The position numbers and the translations under genes are program-made. The notes under the pieces are model-generated. The model was not told where the DNA came from. It ran no database searches and worked only from the letters and a program-made list of their open reading frames with translations. A stretch of DNA of 64,000 bases, taken from IMG/VR virus record IMGVR_UViG_3300025437_000009; one strand, 5' to 3'. Below are positions 26,631 through 35,762 of the stretch, one piece after another. The DNA comes from a virus (taxonomy: Duplodnaviria; Caudoviricetes). Position 1 is the first letter of the stretch. Every line of letters starts with the position of its first letter.

Positions 26631-27836
26631 TTAATCCTCTAACTGAATAAATTCTTGTCTAAGTTCTTCCAGTGCGGCATTCATACCAGCAATAAACTCT
26701 TGTTTTTCGGTCTGGGTAATACAATATTTCTCACGATTGGCCTGACCTTCTTTGGTGTCTGGATCGTAATCAATAAATGAGAACTCGGTGCCATCACAAT
26801 CAGGGCAATGATCGTTATAATCGTCATCGGTCCTGCGTTCCTCACTCATACCTGTCCACCCACACTTTTTGTTGTCGCAGATGAGATCTGGCGGCTCAGG
26901 TGGTTGGTTGGCCCAGTTGCTAGTGTCCCAGTTGTATCCAGACCAGCGATCCACACTGGTGATAGGGTTGAACTTGCCAAATTCCCATTCACCAAAGTTG
27001 TTGCCATCCCAGTATAGGCTACCATGGGTAGTACCAAAATGACTCCATACAGCATTGTAATATCCTGGATATACCGGCTTGTGTTTGGCAAACTTAAAGG
27101 TGACAGACCTTTCCCAACTGGCCGGACTGGTGCCGTATTCTGGATGTCCCCAATCCTTCTCTCCGGGTTCATAGCGTTCAAAGTTGCCTTCGTCGTCAAT
27201 CATCCGTACCATATTAAACTCACTGCTCTTGCCGTCGGTTGAGCCGCCCCAATTGTCGATGTCTTCGCCATCATAGCTGATACCATGTACAATCTCTTCG
27301 TCGTCAAAGTCGGAAATATGTAAGGTTAATTTTTCAATATCAAATGGTGCTGTAAGTTCTAGTTCAGCTTCAAAGAATGTACCTTTTTCGTTTGAACTTC
27401 CTACAAACACAACTTCGCCTTTTTTGCGACTTCCAATCCAAACTTCATCATCGGTGTCGAGCTGTGCGCTATCATCACAGCCATCAAACTCTTCCAGACT
27501 TTTCTCAAGTACTGTATCACCGTTCTCATCTTCAATCTGTAAGGTGCCAGCATCACGACTAACACCGTGAACATGACCCATGCTGTCGCATTCGTACCAC
27601 GATCCTGGGTAGAACGGCAACTGGTCAGGATCAAGACCCATGTTTTCAGCGGCATCACTATCCCAAGCCAAATCGCTGAGATCTACTTGATGTTCCATGC
27701 AGTAATCCCATACCTTGGGATCCACTGTGCCCATGACCTTTTCGCCACCGTAGCCCCACATAGAGATTTTATAAGTACGTGGTGTAAATTTAAGAACTTC
27801 AATTAGTTGTTCTGCTGTGATATCTTTAGTTGCCAT
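26631..27836 (-). CDS. Acidic hypothetical protein with C-terminal zinc finger
   Basis: 401 aa; CDNKKC...CPDC. Confidence 0.75.
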   Translation of the reverse strand: MATKDITAEQLIEVLKFTPRTYKISMWGYGGEKVMGTVDPKVWDYCMEHQVDLSDLAWDSDAAENMGLDPDQLPFYPGSWYECDSMGHVHGVSRDAGTLQIEDENGDTVLEKSLEEFDGCDDSAQLDTDDEVWIGSRKKGEVVFVGSSNEKGTFFEAELELTAPFDIEKLTLHISDFDDEEIVHGISYDGEDIDNWGGSTDGKSSEFNMVRMIDDEGNFERYEPGEKDWGHPEYGTSPASWERSVTFKFAKHKPVYPGYYNAVWSHFGTTHGSLYWDGNNFGEWEFGKFNPITSVDRWSGYNWDTSNWANQPPEPPDLICDNKKCGWTGMSEERRTDDDYNDHCPDCDGTEFSFIDYDPDTKEGQANREKYCITQTEKQEFIAGMNAALEELRQEFIQLED

Positions 27837-27841
27837 TTTTT

Positions 27842-28090
27842 TTACCTATTTAGAGTTGACCAAGTGAGCCATTCCTTAAAAGCATTATACACTTCTTTGA
27901 CTTCTTTGTCATCCTGTTCGAGTTTCACGCCACGTACATAAAAGCCATCTTCGGCTACACGTAGCATTTCGGTTTCTCCTGAACATAGAGTAATATCGTT
28001 TTTTGGAGAAGTGAATACAACAGGCTTGGTATTAACGGCATTAGCCTTAACCATATTTTGATACCAAACCGGGTCAGTATTTACGCTCAT
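27842..28090 (-). CDS. Hypothetical protein
   Basis: 82-aa ORF. Confidence 0.65.
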   Translation of the reverse strand: MSVNTDPVWYQNMVKANAVNTKPVVFTSPKNDITLCSGETEMLRVAEDGFYVRGVKLEQDDKEVKEVYNAFKEWLTWSTLNR

Positions 28091-28093
28091 ATG

Positions 28094-29191
28094 TTATTTT
28101 CCGAGATTAATTAATAACTTGTCGGCACTAAAGAACTCTTGAGTCAACATGTCTGTTTGTTTTTGTAAAATTGGTAGTAGCACATCGTATTCTTCCATAT
28201 ACTGTTTAATTTTATTGCAAAGGAAGGGTTTGTACACTTCATAAGAACTATAGCTGTCAGTCCATTCTGAAGGATATTTAAATGCATCAAGAGCCATTTC
28301 TTGATAGCTCAAACGATCAGGAACCAATGGAATAGCATCGACTAAACAGCCTTCATACCAACTAATACCTAGGGTTTCTTGAAGATTAGCTGAAAATACT
28401 ATTTTTGCTTGACCCAATAAGGTATGATATTGATCTTTGGTTAGCGTTTGGTCTTGACAAACAACAAATTCATATTGCGGTAAGTCACGTGCTAGGTCTC
28501 TAAAAATTTCTACTTGTTTTTCTGGAGCAATACGGTGTGGGAAAAGGATGAGATCTCGTTTGGCAATTCCCTTGTATGGAGCAAGCGTGTCCTGCATATA
28601 CTCCATAGGCCAGCCTGAACGCACAATCTTTTTGTTCATGAATAGTGATGCTTTATCTTCACTAGCCCAAGGATTTTCGCTTTTAACCCCATTCTCTAAC
28701 AGGTTATCAACAAACATATTGATGTGAAAGTCAGTAGCAAAATAGTTGTGATCAAACGAGTGAAAGAAACTCTTTTCAGCATGTCTAACCCAAGGTGCAT
28801 CGCCAATCAATCTACCTAAGAAATCTTGAGGATCATATGAGCCAGCATGCCATAGTCCGTGTGTAGTCACTAGAATGTTCAGCAACTCACTCATGTATTT
28901 TAAGTTGATGATACCAGGATGCCAAGCATCAGTAAAGATAAAATGATCGCCAGACTGAACTGCTCCGGCACAAAATAGACGACCCAACTGTTCCACTTGG
29001 TTAGCTTTGTATATATTAGTACCACCAAAGTTAAGGAAAGCACCAGGGGTAGTGGCACTGGGAATGTCTGTAGGTCCTGCAATAACTTGAACATCATGTC
29101 CTGCCTTTCGTAGAAGATCGGGTACATGGCTCTTCCACTGGCCAGTGTACCTAGTTTCAACACTTTCTAAATCAATTAAAAATACTGTCAT
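28094..29191 (-). CDS. GT-B fold glycosyltransferase within the deazaguanine gene region
   Basis: FPHRIAPEK, FSANLQETLGISWYEG (Ex7E of the GT4 type). Confidence 0.75.
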   Translation of the reverse strand: MTVFLIDLESVETRYTGQWKSHVPDLLRKAGHDVQVIAGPTDIPSATTPGAFLNFGGTNIYKANQVEQLGRLFCAGAVQSGDHFIFTDAWHPGIINLKYMSELLNILVTTHGLWHAGSYDPQDFLGRLIGDAPWVRHAEKSFFHSFDHNYFATDFHINMFVDNLLENGVKSENPWASEDKASLFMNKKIVRSGWPMEYMQDTLAPYKGIAKRDLILFPHRIAPEKQVEIFRDLARDLPQYEFVVCQDQTLTKDQYHTLLGQAKIVFSANLQETLGISWYEGCLVDAIPLVPDRLSYQEMALDAFKYPSEWTDSYSSYEVYKPFLCNKIKQYMEEYDVLLPILQKQTDMLTQEFFSADKLLINLGK

Positions 29192-29640
29192 TTTCCAATA
29201 GTAATAGTTGCTGGATTTAGTGTACTATCGTTTTCAACATCTGTCAAATTAAATGTAGTACTAGAGCTAGTGTATGGTCCAGATGGGATAGTGCCCCACG
29301 GACTACCTGGATTAGCATATGGGCTATAGGGACTGCCCGGACCTGGCATGTATGGATTTACTGTGGGAGGTATGTAAGAATTTCTCTGTCTAACTTCATT
29401 CTCCACATTTGCCAGTCTGGAACGAATGCTCTTTAAATCTTCCTGCATTTGACGTAGTGGACCGTGACTGGTTTCTACTGCCATACGTCCATCGTCTTGT
29501 GGGCGTGTTAGCTCAATAATAGTTAGCAATCCACGTAAGGCACTTTGTACACGTTCGTCCTTGCTGGTCATTGCTTCATCTAAATACGCAAACATGCGTT
29601 CTATTTCATAATCTGCTTGGGTTTTCTCTCGCATACTCAT
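29188..29640 (-). CDS. Hypothetical protein with Pro-rich C-terminus
   Basis: 150-aa ORF. Confidence 0.65.
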   Translation of the reverse strand: MSMREKTQADYEIERMFAYLDEAMTSKDERVQSALRGLLTIIELTRPQDDGRMAVETSHGPLRQMQEDLKSIRSRLANVENEVRQRNSYIPPTVNPYMPGPGSPYSPYANPGSPWGTIPSGPYTSSSTTFNLTDVENDSTLNPATITIGK

Positions 29641-29773
29641 GTGTTACTCTTTGTAAATTTGGAATAAACTTTGAAATGGAATACTGTAAACAGAAAATCT
29701 AATAGCACTGGTTAGTGTGCTAAAAGATTTTCTAATTTTGCGACCACTTGAAATGTAGTAGCTGACTGTATAA

Positions 29774-30037
29774 TTAGTCACGTGGTTTCCAACTAGTATC
29801 GCGAGGTTTAAAATCCTTGCGATCACGTTTAGGAGTACGCCATTGATCCCAAGGTTCACGACCACGAACCATTTTCATGTATTCGCTATAAGGGCCACGA
29901 TCCTTATAAAGATCACGTTCGTCATATGAATAACCATAATCTCGACAGAATTGATGATATACTTCTAAATCATCAAAGATCTGCTTGACTTCGGGTTTCA
30001 TACGAAGATACTTGGTGAGCCATTCTGGTTTGGCCAT
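29774..30037 (-). CDS. Hypothetical protein
   Basis: 87-aa ORF, SD AAGGAG. Confidence 0.7.
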   Translation of the reverse strand: MAKPEWLTKYLRMKPEVKQIFDDLEVYHQFCRDYGYSYDERDLYKDRGPYSEYMKMVRGREPWDQWRTPKRDRKDFKPRDTSWKPRD

Positions 30038-30049
30038 TTTACTACTCCT

Positions 30050-30493
30050 TTAAATTACGATTGATTGAGCAGGACGGGTGAGGTTATAATCAATTGAGCA
30101 TCCGTTTTCACCGTCCTCGGATACTTCAATTGTTACAGCACGATCAGGATAACGTGCAGCAATTTGTACATACAAGTCATCTGCCATCATCTCGCAGGAT
30201 TTCCAGTCGAGCGCCAGCACACCGTCTTGATACAGATTAACGAGCCAGCGTTTGAACTGGATGAATTCAATATCTCGGTCGTTGTGGAACACATCGATAG
30301 AAACACGGAAATGAAACATATGACGATGAGGGCTAGCCAAAAACGATACATCATATTCTCCTGCGGTATTCAAGTTGGGGTCTGTGGCTGCCGCTGGATA
30401 GCAGTGGATGCCTTCTTTTTCAAACGTGACCCAAATCTGTCGTTGGGCCGCGGCCATTATTCTATCTACTACTGCACGTTGTTCTTGATTCAT
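30050..30493 (-). CDS. QueD paralog (T-fold), DpdL-like putative CDG decarboxylase
   Basis: LASPHRHMF matches the LxxxHRHxF motif; RDIEFIQFK, SCEMMA, EVSEDGENG. Confidence 0.7.
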   Translation of the reverse strand: MNQEQRAVVDRIMAAAQRQIWVTFEKEGIHCYPAAATDPNLNTAGEYDVSFLASPHRHMFHFRVSIDVFHNDRDIEFIQFKRWLVNLYQDGVLALDWKSCEMMADDLYVQIAARYPDRAVTIEVSEDGENGCSIDYNLTRPAQSIVI

Positions 30494-30494
30494 G

Positions 30495-31073
30495 TTATTC
30501 AAAGTCAAAGAGTTTAAGAGAATCTCTCATAGAAGAGATGATGAGTATTTGCTTCATTGCTGTATTAGTGATACGATATCTGTAGGAGTTAGGATGATTA
30601 AACCCATCAAATACCGCCCACCTGTTACTACTAGTAATAGTTTTTGTACGCACACCTGCAACAAGTTGCCGGCGTAAATCTTCATAAGCATCTTTTAGTT
30701 TGCTTTGAATTTCTGGTAAGGCCATATCTACAATTTTTACATCGGCAACTTCTCTAAATACCGGATCCCATGTTACTTGATTTTGATTTTGTACCTTAGG
30801 ATAAAAACCGGTTTCTTCCCAAACAGGGGTAGCAATAATATCGGAAATGGTCATCGACCCAACGGTATGATTGGCATTACTGCCTTTCTTACGAGTCTTG
30901 TTATCAATGTTATATTCGGGCATGTCGACACGACCTTTGGAATCGATTGTGTGACCCTTACGCATCATTTCTGCGTCTACCCATTGTCCTACATCACAGT
31001 CATTACGTACTTCCGGTAATGGTGCAAGTTTTTCAATGTTATCTTTAATAACACTTACTCGGGCTTGTTTCAT
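30495..31073 (-). CDS. Hypothetical protein, possible PD-(D/E)xK nuclease
   Basis: GQWVD...VDMPEYNIDNKT pattern; weak. Confidence 0.5.
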   Translation of the reverse strand: MKQARVSVIKDNIEKLAPLPEVRNDCDVGQWVDAEMMRKGHTIDSKGRVDMPEYNIDNKTRKKGSNANHTVGSMTISDIIATPVWEETGFYPKVQNQNQVTWDPVFREVADVKIVDMALPEIQSKLKDAYEDLRRQLVAGVRTKTITSSNRWAVFDGFNHPNSYRYRITNTAMKQILIISSMRDSLKLFDFE

Positions 31074-31582
31074 TTGATTACTTCGTCTTTAGTGTACTTC
31101 GACCAATCCGTAAATACCTTACGGTCCCTTAATTCATGTAAACTGTGACACCAAATACCTGGGTTAGTAGCCGCATAGTCTTTGTCATCGAGCTTAATTG
31201 TAGCATTATATCCCAGCAGTTGTATATAGGGCAATTTCACCGAAATCATTGGGATAAAGTTATTGAATTCTGTCAATCGACCACTGGTTATCTGTTCTAC
31301 GTTAGCAACATCAAAGTCTAAGGTACATAACCAACCTGCTTCTAAGCAGTCAGTGATCATCATTTCCCAATCCTGCATTTCATCTGAGTCCATATCCGAC
31401 TGAGGAAAACTTTGATTAGCACCAAAATAAATGTGTGTGCAATTATTGTTTTTAGCTTCTTGCTGAATAATTTGACTGTCTTGAATACCAACCACAAACA
31501 GAGTTTGATGCCCAAATGCTGGTGAGTGTTCAACTTCTGTGCCAGTAAAAAATTCTATTTCATCGTGCCCAGGTCTATCCAT
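31070..31582 (-). CDS. Uncharacterised protein immediately downstream of the TGT/DpdA gene
   Basis: 170-aa ORF (GTEVEH, HIYFGANQSF, NPGIWCH). Confidence 0.75.
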   Translation of the reverse strand: MDRPGHDEIEFFTGTEVEHSPAFGHQTLFVVGIQDSQIIQQEAKNNNCTHIYFGANQSFPQSDMDSDEMQDWEMMITDCLEAGWLCTLDFDVANVEQITSGRLTEFNNFIPMISVKLPYIQLLGYNATIKLDDKDYAATNPGIWCHSLHELRDRKVFTDWSKYTKDEVIK

Positions 31583-31772
31583 TTGCTTTTTGCTCTCTAA
31601 ATTCTAATTCAGATTTAAGTTTAACAATATTATCTTTAATATGCAACCTTTGTTGTTTCAATTTATGTAGATGCTCGTCATTAAATTTGCCTGTAGATTC
31701 CATGCCATCAATCTTTTTATCGATCTCTGCGTGTTCTTTTTCTAAATGTGCAATACGTCCTAAGAGTGTCAT
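31575..31772 (-). CDS. DUF465/YdcH-like coiled-coil protein
   Basis: LEKEHAEIDKKI...LKQQRLHIKD. Confidence 0.65.
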   Translation of the reverse strand: MTLLGRIAHLEKEHAEIDKKIDGMESTGKFNDEHLHKLKQQRLHIKDNIVKLKSELEFREQKANG

Positions 31773-33400
31773 TCTTCCCCCAAATGATCAAGTTTAGTTT
31801 CATCAAATCCAGAATCATCAATATGATGTTCTTCTTCCTCGTCTACTTCGCCTTCTACTACAAATAACTGGTCAAACATAGCGGAACCATTAATGGCTTT
31901 TGTACCTTTATTTCCACGGGTACCAATGATTTCAGTCCAGTACTTACTGTAGCCATCAACAATCTCCATACTTTTTTCTTTAGTGGGTGCTGCAAAGATA
32001 CTTTCTACAATATCTTCAAAGTATTCGCCACCGGGACCTGAGCTACGCATCATAGCAGGATGTTCCCCAAGATCAAATCTACGATTAGCTTCTTGTACTG
32101 CGGTTAAGTGTTGATAAACATTATGTCCCATCAATAGTGCATAACTGAAACTATCCCAACTGGTCTTACCCCATTTGCCATTCTTATTCATGTCAGGCAG
32201 TACATCATACATGTCAGGGTCTTTAAAGTTTTCTTCGGTGAGTGTAACACCTGCTTTAGGAACACCTGGTTTATAGATACAGATGTCTTTCATAGTTAAT
32301 AAATCACTAACAGGTGATTCTTGCCAAACATCATAGATTTTGTCTTGTATTACCCCATCTGACCATTTACGTGTGTCTGTAGCATACTTTTTATCATCTG
32401 CTGATGGTGCCATGCGATACGACCATTTGCCGTTGTTAGGGAATGTATTTTCGTGATAAACCTGTCCGTTAGCAGTTGCTAAGAAAGGACTAGCACAGTC
32501 AAAACTAATTGTAAAATTAGGATTGACATGACGGCGCACAGCACGTTGAATAACAGTAAGTAGTACTGCCCACTCTAATTTACTTGTACCTAGGAAGTGC
32601 ATCCAATCGTGAACGCCTTCTTGTAGTAAGTTATCATAACGTAGGGACACTAAACGACGCAGGACCAAGTGTACATCACACATGTTCTGACCACCCATGG
32701 CCCAACCATCAAAGTGCGTATCTGGATATTTCACAGGATCGCAGTAGTCCTTCATAATGTCATACCAGCGATCAGCGTCGGGATGATTACTGCCCTGTAG
32801 AACATTTAAGAATCTTGTACCGCCATTCTTAACACCCTTACGATGTTTCATAAAGTATTCGTTATTGTATTTGGTAGCTTCAACTGCTTGCGTTAGTGTG
32901 CGAATACCACACTTAGCACTGGCTTCTTTATCGTGGATTACCCAACTTGGGATATCCAAAATCATTCCATAGTCAGCAACACCATCTAACCATTTGAGTA
33001 CAGCATCGCGCTTGGCCTGTGCTTTGGGACAACCTGAGTTGGCTTTCCAATCACCTTCCCATAGGCCTTTACCAATTTGGAACCCACCAGAGTCACCTAA
33101 GATCAGTGTGTTAGGATCTCGATTACGAACCATGTCTTCGCACCAATCTTGTTTATTCAGGTCGAGGTTTGCGTGGCCACCGGAGTAAAGCGACCACTTA
33201 TAAGGAAACAAACCTTTATTAGCATCAAGCCAATTAAGTTGTTCCATATCTGTTAAGCCCTGCGGGAAACGTGCAGGATCTACATAAGGACCATTTATAG
33301 GGTCACGTTGCTTACCTATAAATGTAGCATAGAAACCACTAATAGCCGGAAGAAACACAGCATAGTCGTTTTGTTTAGCGGTTAAGTTGTCTTGCGTCAT
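31769..33400 (-). CDS. Large TGT-fold guanine transglycosylase (DpdA-like)
   Basis: DSGGFQ, LDIP, LQG, MGG, HFLG, FDCASP; no CxCxxC zinc site. Confidence 0.82.
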   Translation of the reverse strand: MTQDNLTAKQNDYAVFLPAISGFYATFIGKQRDPINGPYVDPARFPQGLTDMEQLNWLDANKGLFPYKWSLYSGGHANLDLNKQDWCEDMVRNRDPNTLILGDSGGFQIGKGLWEGDWKANSGCPKAQAKRDAVLKWLDGVADYGMILDIPSWVIHDKEASAKCGIRTLTQAVEATKYNNEYFMKHRKGVKNGGTRFLNVLQGSNHPDADRWYDIMKDYCDPVKYPDTHFDGWAMGGQNMCDVHLVLRRLVSLRYDNLLQEGVHDWMHFLGTSKLEWAVLLTVIQRAVRRHVNPNFTISFDCASPFLATANGQVYHENTFPNNGKWSYRMAPSADDKKYATDTRKWSDGVIQDKIYDVWQESPVSDLLTMKDICIYKPGVPKAGVTLTEENFKDPDMYDVLPDMNKNGKWGKTSWDSFSYALLMGHNVYQHLTAVQEANRRFDLGEHPAMMRSSGPGGEYFEDIVESIFAAPTKEKSMEIVDGYSKYWTEIIGTRGNKGTKAINGSAMFDQLFVVEGEVDEEEEHHIDDSGFDETKLDHLGEE

Positions 33401-33410
33401 ATTAATAATG

Positions 33411-34043
33411 TTATCCAGCAAAGAAGTTTACTGACTCAATAAGATCATAATCTTTAGTGTAATGCTGTTTGATCTTATTGAGGTATTTAGGGTTGTCTAA
33501 TAATGTAGAAAATATTTTTTTAAATGTTGCACGTCGGGTATCGCCATCTTCTCGATTTTCTGTAGTGTGCTGGTAATTATAACTGGCATATTTGTTTGGT
33601 ATTCCTTGATTTCTAAGGAACTGTTGAAAATATAATCTATAATCCAAATTACAGTAGAAAAAAGTTGTGCGAGTTGGATCAAGTCCTTCTATAAAATATA
33701 TCTGTTTTTCTGTATGGTCATCGAATGTCACTTGATCCATTATTAAATCAAAAAATGCTTGATTAAATTGCGTTGTGTCGATATCTCTATGATACAATGT
33801 AAAATATTCACATACGCCACTTAACCAACGTTCCACGGGATCTCGTAGCACCACCATGGCATGTTTATGATATAAATGATCCCAGTGGTAGTTGTAAAAC
33901 TCCCAGCCGAGATCTTTTAAGTTGGGCTTAGTCCATGAGCTAGCGCATTTGGGAATGTTAACATACATAAGGTCACTATCTGGCTTGCTCATGCAAGTAC
34001 CAAACGTATGACCTTTAGGTTCCCAATGTTGATGAAATAGCAT
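33411..34043 (-). CDS. Sulfotransferase family protein
   Basis: YVNIPKCASSW (5'-PSB), LRDPVERWLSG (3'-PB), Y..DY.L C-terminus. Confidence 0.8.
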   Translation of the reverse strand: MLFHQHWEPKGHTFGTCMSKPDSDLMYVNIPKCASSWTKPNLKDLGWEFYNYHWDHLYHKHAMVVLRDPVERWLSGVCEYFTLYHRDIDTTQFNQAFFDLIMDQVTFDDHTEKQIYFIEGLDPTRTTFFYCNLDYRLYFQQFLRNQGIPNKYASYNYQHTTENREDGDTRRATFKKIFSTLLDNPKYLNKIKQHYTKDYDLIESVNFFAG

Positions 34044-34777
34044 TACTTAGTTTGTGCTGGTAACATATAGTGATATACAGCTAGACCAGAGTCTACAGTA
34101 ATACAAGCAACACCTTCATCACTGATCTTAAATGTTTTATCTCCAGGTAAACTCAAAATGCTGTTAACAACTGACACAGGCCAATTTAACTGTTTAGTCA
34201 GTGTACCTGAAGTTGTGGCAAATGTAAATGATCCTGCATGTGACGAATGATCACCAAAGAAAAACTTTAGTTCGCCGTTTTCTGTGCGGCTAGAAAATAC
34301 AGTAGCATCTGAGTGTGCTTGGCTTTGGAATTTAAGTTTTTGAATACTTAGTGCAGTTGGCACTACTTCAACAGCCCACTTAACCTGTTTCATTTTAACA
34401 TTCTTAAGTTGGTCATTGATAACAGCAGTACTCATAAAACGATAATCGTTTTTAAAGTCACCAGATTCGTTTACAAAACTAATACCACTTGGCACATCTG
34501 TACCATCGCTGTCTTTTTGTGTGCTAACAGTAATTTTAGCATTATCCTTATACACTGGCAAGTTAAGAATTGTATTCAAACGATCTAAATTTGGCATACC
34601 AAATACACCGACAAATTCAGCAACAGGTGCTTTAAAGTCAGCATTTAGTACTACGGTTTTAGTAGCTTGGTCAAAGGCATTGATCGAAGTACTGGTTTTA
34701 TCGCCAGTGATCTTGATCATATTAATAACACCCAAGCCATAGGTGTGTTGTACAATATCTTTTAAATAGTCAATCAT
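34043..34777 (-). CDS. Sliding clamp (gp45/PCNA-like)
   Basis: 244 aa, beta-rich two-domain pattern, lies next to DNA polB. Confidence 0.65.
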   Translation of the reverse strand: MIDYLKDIVQHTYGLGVINMIKITGDKTSTSINAFDQATKTVVLNADFKAPVAEFVGVFGMPNLDRLNTILNLPVYKDNAKITVSTQKDSDGTDVPSGISFVNESGDFKNDYRFMSTAVINDQLKNVKMKQVKWAVEVVPTALSIQKLKFQSQAHSDATVFSSRTENGELKFFFGDHSSHAGSFTFATTSGTLTKQLNWPVSVVNSILSLPGDKTFKISDEGVACITVDSGLAVYHYMLPAQTK

Positions 34778-34800
34778 TTATATTCTCCATAAGTGTAGTA

Positions 34801-34829
34801 AGTTTAAAGTAATATTTAGAAAAAGTCAA
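34801..34829 (-). promoter_or_regulatory. Dual promoter: sigma70 plus TAAATA in the spacer
   Basis: TTGACT-17-TAAACT; TAAATA at 34818-34813. Confidence 0.6.
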
Positions 34830-35761
34830 ACGGTAATTCTTTTTATTTCGCCCAATACCTGATGGGCTTTAACTGTTTCAAGTGTGCCGGGTTTGGCAAT
34901 CTCAATCCAGGTAATAGTTTCAAAATCAAATTCTTTAGTGATATTGTAGCCCAGACTTTCGCACAGGGGAATCAATAAAGATTTTGGCATATAGCTTTGA
35001 GCAAAGTTTTCGGCCATACCTGCACCAACGGGCGTATCACCATCATTATAGCTGAACATAAATGTACCACCCGGTCTCAATAGATCAAATACTTGACGCA
35101 GATACAATTTCATAGTATCAAGACTTACATAGTTAAAATAACCCCAACTAAAAATAAAAGCCATTTGACCCTGGGGAAGTGCTGATAGAATATGATTATT
35201 CAGGGGATACTTGCGTAAACGATTTTGATAAGATTCAGGAAATCTATTATTGGTACTGTCTAAAAACTCTGCGTGACGATCTACAATATATAGTGGATCA
35301 GCAGCAACCATGTGTTGTGTCCATTCACCGTCACGGCATCCGATTTCTAATGCAGGATATTTCCAATTGCTGTATAAAAGAATACGTTGCTTGACAATTT
35401 CTTCTACATCGGAACGCACAAAAATTCTGCGACTATTTCTCACATAATCAACAGTACCATAGCGTTCTTCTAGTTCGTAATTGTTAGCAAAAAGAGTGCG
35501 TGTTATACTAGTGATCTCTTGATCGATATCAGCTAGTCGAGCTGTTGCATCATCCACTGGTGCATTGACTTGATCAATTAACTGATCATAAGTGTCTACT
35601 AAACTATCAATATAGTTACTATATTCTTCGCTTAGGACAGGAACCTGAAGTTTGATGTTAGATAGTCGAGATCTTAGGCTAAACAGTTCGTTGACAACTG
35701 AATCTGTTGTTAGATTCTGTTTTAGTGCTTTTCGAAGTAGTACAAGATCGTGTAGATGCAT
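34826..35761 (-). CDS. Class I SAM-dependent methyltransferase with N-terminal coiled coil
   Basis: ALEIGCRDG, YIVD, LLRPGGTFMF. Confidence 0.8.
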   Translation of the reverse strand: MHLHDLVLLRKALKQNLTTDSVVNELFSLRSRLSNIKLQVPVLSEEYSNYIDSLVDTYDQLIDQVNAPVDDATARLADIDQEITSITRTLFANNYELEERYGTVDYVRNSRRIFVRSDVEEIVKQRILLYSNWKYPALEIGCRDGEWTQHMVAADPLYIVDRHAEFLDSTNNRFPESYQNRLRKYPLNNHILSALPQGQMAFIFSWGYFNYVSLDTMKLYLRQVFDLLRPGGTFMFSYNDGDTPVGAGMAENFAQSYMPKSLLIPLCESLGYNITKEFDFETITWIEIAKPGTLETVKAHQVLGEIKRITV

Positions 35762-35762
35762 T

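Noticed and set aside
31769-33400. Canonical tRNA-guanine transglycosylase (tgt)
   Set aside because: Much longer than bacterial TGT, lacks the CxCxxC..H zinc site, and its context favours DNA modification.
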